Source: Rickettsiales bacterium (GTDB taxonomy: Bacteria; Pseudomonadota; Alphaproteobacteria; Rickettsiales; UBA1997). From it: a DNA stretch of 57,994 bases. The position numbers and the translations under genes were made by a program. Positions within the stretch are counted from its first letter, which is position 1. Each line of letters starts with the position of its first letter. The stretch covers positions 1 through 57,994 of the forward strand of contig CBFIDI010000003.1 in the NCBI GenBank assembly GCA_965661355.1, written 5' to 3'. Shown one piece after another: positions 49,842 to 57,994 of this stretch. A model generated the notes under the pieces. The model searched no databases, was not told the DNA's origin, and saw only the letters and a list, made by a program, of their open reading frames with translations.

Positions 49842-52025
49842 TTAATTTGACTCAAATCCGAAGGGAACTCTAAGTTTTAACATAATATTTCTGCCCTGAC
49901 TAAGCGCCACGCCCTTGTAAGTGTCCAAAAAGTTTCTATATGACTCGTTGGTTAGGTTTGTAATTTCGAAGTCAAGATAGGATCTTTTAATCAAATTGCC
50001 GTTGAAATTCAATTCAAAGCCAGTTGCTAAATCTAACAATGTATAATTATCAGTTGATCCAGTTCCAAAATCTTCATTGTCAAATTGAGAGAATGGTTCG
50101 CCCGTGGCGGCTTTTTTTGAGCTATTGTAAGTCACGCCAACTCTGAAATAGGGATTTTCAAATTTATTGAAGCTTGGCGCATAATAAGTTGTTTCAAGTC
50201 GAAATTCGTTTGATGGAATTTGTGGTAAATCTTGGCCAGTTCTTTTGTTTTCGCTTTCAATAATATCAATAGTAGCTCTGGCCTCAATTCTTTTTGTTAA
50301 AAAGGTCGAGGCTTCAATTTCAAGACCTTCAATTACACCGTCGGTTTGCATAACTTCAAAAATATGAAGGTTGTCTTGTTCGCGCCCAGTATCGTTTAAG
50401 TAAATGAAATTATTTATTTTGTTGCGATAGTAAGTTGCGCCAAATTTCGTTCCTTTTGATCTATATCTTAAAGAAAAGTCAGTGTTTAAAGATATTTCTT
50501 CTTCAAGGTTCGGATTACCTTCTTGAATTGCTGAAATTCCGGTGTGAGTTCCGCCAGAATAAAGTTCAAATAATGTTGGGGCTCTAAACCCGCGACTCAC
50601 ATTTGTAGCAGCAACAAGATTTTTGTTGATTTCATAAGCTGCGCCAAGTGAGCCTGAAAAGGCTGAAAATTCTTCTTTTTGGCTTCCTGAAAAATTCTCA
50701 GGATTTGTAGTTTTATTTTCATTTGCAGTTAAGTCGCGCCAATCATGGCGAAGACCAGCTTGTAGTTTTAGTTTGTTGATTTGCTTTTCTTCAAATGCAA
50801 AAAGGGCGTAATTATTAACACTGCCTCCCGGAGAAAGTTGCTCGCTTCCTCGTGATTCTTGGTCTTTGTGAGAAATTTCAAAGCCGATTTTCCCACCGTC
50901 AAAAATTCCTAATTTTTTATGCTCGGTTATTAATCTTGCGGTATAAAGGTCAAATCTAACATCAATTGTTTCATCGTGATGAGATTCTTTGCGGCGATTA
51001 TTTTGCCAAGTTAAAGTTGGCTTAAAATCAAAATTATTATTTATTTTAAATTTACTTGCAATTTGAAGTTCGTCATTTTCTAAGATTTGGTGCGCTCCTT
51101 CGGCCCCGTCTTCATCATGATGATCACCGTCATCATCGTCGTCATCATCACCATGTCCATGGCCGTCAGACTCAGGAGAAAGTAAGAAATTCTGATTATT
51201 ATAATATTTTGTATAGCGAACCCTATGTTCATTTTCATCATTTTTAAAACCGATGCCAAATTGGTGATTTTTTTGCTCAAAATCGGTGAAAGGAAGTTTA
51301 CCAGTATAAGCCGGAGAACTATTATGAATCGCGCTTGGCGGCTCTTCGGGATAGAAAGTATGATCTTCTGGAGTTGTTATTTCTTCGCCGTCGCGATTAA
51401 TTGCGCCAGCACTTAGTGACCATCTGTTATTTCTGGTCTTGGCTTTAAATCCGCGATCAAATTGACTGTTATTTGAAGAATATCCAACTAGACTATTTCC
51501 GCCAAATTCAAAATCTTTTTCATCAGAAAACTCTAGCGGCAGGCTTTGAACATTTACCGCGCCACCAATTGCGCCAGATCCGTAAAGAATTGAAGCCGGA
51601 CCCTGAATGATCTCTAATTTTTCACTTAGAAATGGATCAATATTTGGTGCATGGCGGCTGTCAAATTGTTGATGATCAACACCAACTCCGTTTGAGACCA
51701 TTTTCACTCTTTCGCCAGAAAGACCGCGGATAACGGGCTTTGAGTTTTGACCACCGGTTGAAATCACATCAATTCCAGATATATGATCTAAAGATTCGGC
51801 AATGCTTGACTTTTCGCGAATCCTTTTTTCTTCGCCGCCCAAAACATTAATTTGAGAGGGTTGAAAAAATGTATCACCCTTTGTCGGAGACGAGGCGCTG
51901 ATAATAACGGGTGTTAAAGTTTTTTTTGGGCTATTATTTTGCGCAAAAGCTAAATTTGGAACAATGCAAGTGGCGCTAATTGAAAAAATAGCTATGGCTT
52001 TGGTAAGAAATTTAAGGCTTTGCAT
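49842..52025 (-). CDS. TonB-dependent receptor, probably zinc/metal uptake (ZnuD-like)
   Basis: Signal peptide, plug motifs PVIRGL and GPASILYGSGAIGG, FRAPTLFELY, GNPNL; His/Asp-rich loop; upstream Zur box. Confidence 0.9.
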   Translation of the reverse strand: MQSLKFLTKAIAIFSISATCIVPNLAFAQNNSPKKTLTPVIISASSPTKGDTFFQPSQINVLGGEEKRIREKSSIAESLDHISGIDVISTGGQNSKPVIRGLSGERVKMVSNGVGVDHQQFDSRHAPNIDPFLSEKLEIIQGPASILYGSGAIGGAVNVQSLPLEFSDEKDFEFGGNSLVGYSSNNSQFDRGFKAKTRNNRWSLSAGAINRDGEEITTPEDHTFYPEEPPSAIHNSSPAYTGKLPFTDFEQKNHQFGIGFKNDENEHRVRYTKYYNNQNFLLSPESDGHGHGDDDDDDDGDHHDEDGAEGAHQILENDELQIASKFKINNNFDFKPTLTWQNNRRKESHHDETIDVRFDLYTARLITEHKKLGIFDGGKIGFEISHKDQESRGSEQLSPGGSVNNYALFAFEEKQINKLKLQAGLRHDWRDLTANENKTTNPENFSGSQKEEFSAFSGSLGAAYEINKNLVAATNVSRGFRAPTLFELYSGGTHTGISAIQEGNPNLEEEISLNTDFSLRYRSKGTKFGATYYRNKINNFIYLNDTGREQDNLHIFEVMQTDGVIEGLEIEASTFLTKRIEARATIDIIESENKRTGQDLPQIPSNEFRLETTYYAPSFNKFENPYFRVGVTYNSSKKAATGEPFSQFDNEDFGTGSTDNYTLLDLATGFELNFNGNLIKRSYLDFEITNLTNESYRNFLDTYKGVALSQGRNIMLKLRVPFGFESN

Positions 52026-52068
52026 TGATTGTTGAAAATTAATTTTAATGATCTTTAGAAAAATGTTA

Positions 52069-52083
52069 TGTTATACTATAACA
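52069..52083. promoter_or_regulatory. Zur box
   Basis: Perfect palindrome TGTTATA-C-TATAACA 43 bp upstream of the receptor start. Confidence 0.75.
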
Positions 52084-52211
52084 ATAAAGATTAAGAGTCA
52101 AGTGCAATTGCCATATATATAACAAAATTTATTTAATGATTTTTTGAAATATTGTTGAAAATTTCTTAATATTAAAGTTAATTCTTAAGTTTAATATTAA
52201 GTTTATATTAT

Positions 52212-52883
52212 TTAGTTGTCTTTTTTGTCAAAGCCAAGTGCTATTAAATAAGTTTCTTTCGAGTCTTTTCGCGAAGATTCTGGTTTAAAATATTTAACTG
52301 TTTTGAAGTTTTTTCTTAACCCTTGCAAAATTTCATCTGACCCTCCGCCTTGAAAAATTTTGCCGACAAATATTCCGTTTTTATTTAAGATTTTTTCTCC
52401 AAAATAAAGAGCCTCTTCAAGTAAAGTTATTATTCTTAAATGGTCCACTTTTTTATCACCACTTGTGTTGGCAGCCATGTCGGTAAGTAAAATATCGCAT
52501 TTTTGGCGACTTGTTTTTTCCTTTATTAAGTTTAATAGTTTTTCCGGAGCATCTTCGTCCAAGAAGTCTTTTTGAATTAATTCTACACCTTCAATTGGAG
52601 CAATTTCTAGTAAGTCAATTCCAAAAACTTTACCATGTCCGCATTTTTCAGCCGCAATTTGGCTCCAACCTCCGGGGGCAGCGCCAAGATCGACGACAAT
52701 TTTATTTTTTTTGAAAATTTTAAACTTTGCGTCAATTTCAATTATTTTAAAAGCGGCGCGACTTCTGTAACCCATGCTTTGCGCTTTCTTGACTAGGGGG
52801 TCATTAAGTTGGCGCAAAATCCATTTTTTAGAAGACTCGGTCAGCTTTTTGCCTTTTTTTAGTTTTTGTGTTTTTACTGCCAT
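52212..52883 (-). CDS. rlmE: 23S rRNA Um2552 methyltransferase RlmE (FtsJ)
   Basis: GYRSRAAFK, VDLGAAPGGWSQ, DMA, KPESSR..SKE. Confidence 0.95.
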   Translation of the reverse strand: MAVKTQKLKKGKKLTESSKKWILRQLNDPLVKKAQSMGYRSRAAFKIIEIDAKFKIFKKNKIVVDLGAAPGGWSQIAAEKCGHGKVFGIDLLEIAPIEGVELIQKDFLDEDAPEKLLNLIKEKTSRQKCDILLTDMAANTSGDKKVDHLRIITLLEEALYFGEKILNKNGIFVGKIFQGGGSDEILQGLRKNFKTVKYFKPESSRKDSKETYLIALGFDKKDN

Positions 52884-53001
52884 TAGAAATTTGGTTCGGT
52901 TCTTTGGCCTTAATTTATAATAAAATATTAACTGATATTTTAAAAAGGCTTATTTCTTGTGCCTTTTTGAATTTTGCAGTTAGCATTAAGTGTCTTAATT
53001 G

Positions 53002-54591
53002 CTACTCCCACTCAATTGTACCTGGTGGCTTCGAGGTAAAGTCATATACCACGCGGTTAATTCCCTTAACTTCATTGATAATTTTGGTTGAAATATCGGC
53101 TAGAAATTCAGGGTCAAATTTGTATATTTCGGCCGTCATGCCATCAACCGATGTAACAGCGCGAAGAGCCAAAACATTTTCGTAAGTTCTCGAGTCTCCC
53201 ATTACTCCAACGGTTTTAACTGGCAACAAAACACTAAAAGCTTGCCATATTTTGTTGTAAAGTCCATTTTCTTTTAGTGAGTTAATGTAAATTGCATCAG
53301 CTTTTTGTAAAATTGCAACTTTTTCTTTGGTAATTTCACCTAAAATTCTAATAGCAAGCCCAGGGCCAGGGAATGGGTGGCGGTTGATAATTTTTGGATC
53401 AAGATCTAGCTCTTCACCTAATTTTCTTACCTCGTCTTTAAATAACATTCTAACTGGCTCAAGAAGCTTTAATTTCATGTTTTCTGGTAAGCCGCCAACA
53501 TTATGATGACTTTTTATTGTGTGACTTGCGCCTTTGTTAGGGTGGCTTGATTCAATAACATCGGGGTATAATGTTCCTTGTGCTAAAAATTCAACATTGT
53601 CAATTTTTGAAGCTTCTTCATCAAAAACTTCGATGAAAGTCTTGCCTATTATTTTGCGCTTTTCTTCGGGGTCGCTAATATTTTGTAATCTTGATAAAAA
53701 TAATTCTCGCGCATCAACATAAATGAAATTTAAGTCAAATTCTGCAAAAGTTGCTTGAACTTCTTCGGCTTCTTGCCAGCGTAAAAGGCCGTGGTCAACA
53801 AAGATACAAGTTAATTGTTTGTGAATTGCTTCAGAAATTAGGGCGGCAACAACCGAAGAATCGACGCCGCCAGAAAGGCCACAAATAACATTCTTTTTGC
53901 CGACAATTTTTTTAATTCTTTTGACTTCTTCTGATTTAAAATCGCCCATATTCCAATCTTGTTCGCAACCGCAAATATTAACGGCAAAATTCTTCAATAT
54001 TTTTTTCCCCTCTAAAGAATGCGAAACTTCGGGGTGAAATTGGACTCCATAAATATTTTTATCTTCATTGGCTATAGCGGCAAAAGGTGCGCTTTTGGTT
54101 CTGGCAATCGCTTTAAATCCGTCTGGCAAAGATTCTACGCGGTCTCCATGGCTCATCCAAACTTGGCTAAGGCGAATATGGTTAGATTGGTTATTTGCAA
54201 TATGTGCAAATTGATCAGTTTCTTGCGAATCGGCCATTCCGACATAATCAAATAATTCTGATTCTTTTCTTATTTCGATCATAGCTTTGCCAAATTCGCG
54301 CTCTTCGGTATTTAGAACCGAGCCGCCAAAATTTTGACAAATTAATTGTTGGCCATAGCAAATTCCTAATATAGGCAGGCCAAGATCGAAGATTTTACTA
54401 TCGATTTTTGGTGCGTCTTTATCATAAACAGAACTAGGGCCGCCAGAAAGAATAATACCTTTGGGCGACTTTTTTTTAATTTCATTTATGGTTATTTTAG
54501 ATCCTTGAACTTCGCAAAAAATATTAAATTCACGAATTCTTCTAGCTATTAGTTGTGTAACTTGACTTCCGAAGTCTATTATTAAAATCAT
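53002..54591 (-). CDS. guaA: GMP synthase (glutamine-hydrolyzing)
   Basis: DFGSQ, GICYGQQ, QFHPEV, SGGVDS, IKSHHNVGGLP, KPPGTIEWE. Confidence 0.98.
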   Translation of the reverse strand: MILIIDFGSQVTQLIARRIREFNIFCEVQGSKITINEIKKKSPKGIILSGGPSSVYDKDAPKIDSKIFDLGLPILGICYGQQLICQNFGGSVLNTEEREFGKAMIEIRKESELFDYVGMADSQETDQFAHIANNQSNHIRLSQVWMSHGDRVESLPDGFKAIARTKSAPFAAIANEDKNIYGVQFHPEVSHSLEGKKILKNFAVNICGCEQDWNMGDFKSEEVKRIKKIVGKKNVICGLSGGVDSSVVAALISEAIHKQLTCIFVDHGLLRWQEAEEVQATFAEFDLNFIYVDARELFLSRLQNISDPEEKRKIIGKTFIEVFDEEASKIDNVEFLAQGTLYPDVIESSHPNKGASHTIKSHHNVGGLPENMKLKLLEPVRMLFKDEVRKLGEELDLDPKIINRHPFPGPGLAIRILGEITKEKVAILQKADAIYINSLKENGLYNKIWQAFSVLLPVKTVGVMGDSRTYENVLALRAVTSVDGMTAEIYKFDPEFLADISTKIINEVKGINRVVYDFTSKPPGTIEWE

Positions 54592-55264
54592 TTTATGCTT
54601 TAATTTTTTTTAAAATTTAGTGAAATTATGTTTAACGAATTTTAATCTTAAAATAATTAATTTAGATTAATTTTTTTGACATATATTAACAATAAAAATT
54701 CTGAAGATTGCTGTGGCAAGTTATATTTTTGCGAAACTATGTAATTATTGCTTAAATATTTTTTGTAAATCTGTTTAAAAACAAAGATTGACAACATTAT
54801 TATATAGAGTTTTTGTGGCCATGTCAAGATTTTGAGTGATTTTTTTCGACTTCATGCTAAAATATATGTTTAAATTGGCGCTAGATGGGTAAATAAAATT
54901 AAAAAAGCTTATTATTAATGTGCAAAAATACTTATAACAGTTTTCATCTTTAAAAATATAGAAAACTTTATCTTTTTAACAATTAACAAAAAGCCATTAT
55001 AAAAATCTAAGAGTATCTTGGGTGTGATTTGGAGTTTTCTAGTAATTTCTTACCAAAAATATTTTATTTTTTGTATTTCGAAAGACGGAAAATATTATAA
55101 TAAAAATTTGCGAACTATTTATAATTTGTTTATGAATTAGATTAGTGAACAAATTTTTTTTTCTAGCTAATTTTAGCAAACTATCATATAAATCTTTGTC
55201 GCTAAATTTAATTGCGCTTTCTTTTATATTACTTTGTTGGTGATTTTTTATTTTAAAGAGTTGA

Positions 55265-56239
55265 CTAGCCTATAATATTGATAATTTTATCTTTGATTTT
55301 ATCTTGATTATAGTTATTTTTTAATATTTCGTCGATTGCTTGGCATAAATTTAGTTTAATTTTAAGTTTTTTTGCTAATTTTGCTATAGATTCTGCGTTA
55401 AGAGCCCCTTCGTAGGTTTTTTTGGCGGCCAAATCTTGATATTTTTTACCTTCGCCCAAGGCTTTTCCTAGAGAGTTATTTCTTGATTTTGAAGTTGAGC
55501 ATGTTAAAAAAATGTCACCAAAGCCAGCAGCATTTTCGGTGTTTGGGTTTTTTTCACCCAGTGCTTGTGCCAATGTTTTTATTTCTTCAACGCCGCAAAT
55601 TACCAAAGCAGCTTTTGTGTTTTCGCCTAGGTTAAGACCGTCAGAAATTCCGCAAGCAATTGCCATAATGTTTTTAATTACTGATGAAATCTCAGAAACC
55701 AAAACTTCTTTTGAATAAAATGGTTTAAAAAAGTCGTTCTTTAAAATTTTAATTACCTGATTAGCAAATTCTTCATTTTTTGCAGCAATATTAGTTACAG
55801 TCAATGATTTTTGCGCGACCTCAATTGCAAAATTTGGACCCGATAAAATTGCACAATTTTTATTGGGAATAATTTGGTCAAAAACTTCATGGAAAAATTT
55901 TAATGAAGAATGTTCAAGTCCCTTAGTTGCAAAAATAAAACCGCAATTTTTTTTAAGTCCAATTTTAGATAGTTGCTCCAAAACTGTTTTTACTGCATTT
56001 GAAGGTACTGCGATAAAAATTTTATCAGCCAGCTTAGCTTCATCTAAACTAGTTGAAGAATATAAGTTTTTATTTAACTTTATATTTGCTAGGGCGCAGT
56101 GGCTGTTTTTTTTATTGATTTCTTGTGCAATTTCGTTAATATCAGAAATAGCGCAGATATTATAGCCATTAATCGCGACAACATTAGCAATTGCCGTGCC
56201 CCAAGCACCCGCGCCAATTAAAATAATTTTTTCTTTCAT
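55265..56239 (-). CDS. gpsA: NAD(P)H-dependent glycerol-3-phosphate dehydrogenase
   Basis: GAGAWGTA, ATKGLE, LSGPNFA, KNIMAIACG, GFGDIFLTC...SRN. Confidence 0.95.
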   Translation of the reverse strand: MKEKIILIGAGAWGTAIANVVAINGYNICAISDINEIAQEINKKNSHCALANIKLNKNLYSSTSLDEAKLADKIFIAVPSNAVKTVLEQLSKIGLKKNCGFIFATKGLEHSSLKFFHEVFDQIIPNKNCAILSGPNFAIEVAQKSLTVTNIAAKNEEFANQVIKILKNDFFKPFYSKEVLVSEISSVIKNIMAIACGISDGLNLGENTKAALVICGVEEIKTLAQALGEKNPNTENAAGFGDIFLTCSTSKSRNNSLGKALGEGKKYQDLAAKKTYEGALNAESIAKLAKKLKIKLNLCQAIDEILKNNYNQDKIKDKIINIIG

Positions 56240-56256
56240 TTTATTTATCTTAAATT

Positions 56257-57102
56257 ATGCCCAGAATCAGTTTTTTAAATAACGAATTTATCGATCATAA
56301 AAATGCTTTTATTCATATTGATGATCGCGGCTTTCAATTTGCTGACTCGGTTTACGAAGTCATTTTATTTTCGGCAAATAAACTTGTTGACGGCCAAGAG
56401 CATATTGAACGATTATTTCGTAGCCTTAGTGAAATTAACATAAAGCACAATTTTTTACAAGATGAAATTATAAAAAATGCCATTCAACTCTTTAAGCTGA
56501 ACAATATTGATTATGGATCGCTTTATATTCAAGTTACGCGCGGTGTACATACAAGAATTCCAAAAATACCTAATGACTTACAGCCGAATTTTATCATGAC
56601 AGTTTCGCCAGCTAAAGTCTTCTCAGGCGAAGAATTTGAGCAAGGTCTAAGATTAATGAGTCATAACGATATTCGCTGGGGTAGGGTTGATATAAAGACT
56701 ACTGGCCTTTTGGCCTCGACTTTGGTTAATCAAAAAGCAAAAGATTTGGGTTTTGATGATGCTTTGTTTGTGCGTGATGATATTGTTACTGAGGGCACTT
56801 ATTCAAATTTCTTTTTTGTAGATGAAAATCAGAATTTAGTAACAAAATTACAAGATGAAAGAATTTTGGCCGGAATTACACGCAAAAGAATTATTGATTT
56901 TGCGAAAAAAGAAAATATTAAAGTAATTGAGAAGGATTTTGGTTTAGAAGAAGTTTTTAAAGCGCAAGAAGCATTTTTATCAAGCTCAACTTTAATGATC
57001 AGACCGGTTGTCGAAATTGATAAAAATAAAATTGCCGAAGGCAAGGCCGGTGAATTAACGAGAAAATTACGAGATCTATATAAGAAATTTACTACGGCAT
57101 AA
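56257..57102 (+). CDS. dat: D-amino-acid aminotransferase (class IV PLP enzyme)
   Basis: DRGFQFADSVYEV, YIQVTRG, DIRWGRVDIKT, VTEG..SN, ILAGITR. Confidence 0.88.
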   Translation: MPRISFLNNEFIDHKNAFIHIDDRGFQFADSVYEVILFSANKLVDGQEHIERLFRSLSEINIKHNFLQDEIIKNAIQLFKLNNIDYGSLYIQVTRGVHTRIPKIPNDLQPNFIMTVSPAKVFSGEEFEQGLRLMSHNDIRWGRVDIKTTGLLASTLVNQKAKDLGFDDALFVRDDIVTEGTYSNFFFVDENQNLVTKLQDERILAGITRKRIIDFAKKENIKVIEKDFGLEEVFKAQEAFLSSSTLMIRPVVEIDKNKIAEGKAGELTRKLRDLYKKFTTA

Positions 57103-57377
57103 GTAAGATTAATTTTTTAGTAAAGTTCTTATTTGCGAAGATAAGAGTTTATATTTTGGGTAAAAATTATTAGAAAAATTGACAATATATTTGAATAGGT
57201 GGCTAAATTTTAAGTAATATCGATTTTATAATCAAGTAACATTTCAAAGATATATAGAGCTTAATCTGTTTTAGAAAAAGGGCATTATCGGAATCTGGGT
57301 GTGTAATTTGGATGGGATTTTAACTTTTTCAATCTTTTGATGAGTTTTTTTCGCTGTAAATAAAGGTTTATAAAATA

Positions 57378-57860
57378 TTATCTTGTAAGATCTTGAGAGT
57401 TATTTTTAATATTAGCAAGCTCTCTCTCGGATTGGGGGCTTATTGGCGCTGAAGATGGTTGCTTTTGATGATCTATAAGTTGAATATTTTCTATTAACTT
57501 TGAAAAATTTTCTTCATAAAAAACGGTTTGCAGAAAAATAAAAAGCTGGTCACCACCAGATAACTGAATGTTTCTTACTCTGAATGTTTCCCTTAAAATT
57601 TCTTCAGCACGATTTTTTAAGATTTCGGTCGAACGCGGGCGTTTTTTGGTTAATTTATCGATATTTTCCATATATTCCCTAATTATTTTTGATCTTTTTG
57701 ATCTAATTTGCTGGAATAATTCTTGGTTTTTAATTTCGTTCAAAGAAAATCTTTTATTAAATCTGTCTTCTATTATTGTTTGATAGCACAAATTGGCAAT
57801 TTCATGAGATATATTTTTTATTTCTTTTAATATTCTTCTGTGACTAATTTTGTTGAACAT
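57378..57860 (-). CDS. 160-aa orphan with PS-rich C-terminal tail (putative effector)
   Basis: Intact ORF; tail PSSAPISPQSERELANIKNNSQDLTR resembles the tails of the 966-aa and 955-aa proteins. Confidence 0.6.
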   Translation of the reverse strand: MFNKISHRRILKEIKNISHEIANLCYQTIIEDRFNKRFSLNEIKNQELFQQIRSKRSKIIREYMENIDKLTKKRPRSTEILKNRAEEILRETFRVRNIQLSGGDQLFIFLQTVFYEENFSKLIENIQLIDHQKQPSSAPISPQSERELANIKNNSQDLTR

Positions 57861-57994
57861 TTTAATCTTTTAATGAAATTTATTGTCGTTTATATAATTT
57901 AGATCGGGATTTTGATTTAAATTATATAAATTTCTGTCTTTGTCAATATTTTCAAGATTTAACTTTGTTTCTTGAATTGCCTGTCGATTAAAAG

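Noticed and set aside
54985-55040. Weak similarity to 57275-57320 (CATTAT...GGGTGTG.ATTTGGA)
   Set aside because: Short and gapped in AT-rich DNA; cannot be distinguished from chance by eye.
590-57783. Many short ORFs nested in or antisense to recognised genes
   Set aside because: They overlap confidently identified genes and show no family motifs.

Overview
AT-rich chromosomal window from an alphaproteobacterium, probably a Rickettsiales-like lineage. This is inferred from alpha-type DnaK, YidC and Lon, a split PntA, fragmented operons and palindromic intergenic elements. Most genes are housekeeping: tonB, pntA2, rnpA, rpmH, dprA, pheS, folP, dnaK, lipB, ruvA, nth, murC, xth, rmuC, lon, yidC, rhlE, rlmE, guaA, gpsA, dat. 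There are two tRNAs (Gln-TTG, Ser-GGA), a complete sarcosine oxidase operon (soxBDAG) with a divergent Gly/Ala symporter, an FeS-type photolyase with DUF2256, and a TonB-dependent receptor with a Zur box. The most unusual elements are four. (1) A ~3 kb mini-island carries a large serine recombinase whose reading frame ends inside tRNA-Gln; a candidate left att junction at ~4164 would rewrite the enzyme's C-terminus on excision. (2) Three orphan proteins share a C-terminal P-S-x3-4-(S/N)-P tail that looks like a secretion signal. One has a putative Ulp1/CE-clan protease plus a RelE-like domain, and another is a repeat-rich HAD phosphatase. (3) At least three families of palindromic MITE/RPE-like elements occur, including a nested cluster after dnaK. 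(4) A decayed accessory region follows tRNA-Ser. All calls come from reading the sequence; no searches were run.
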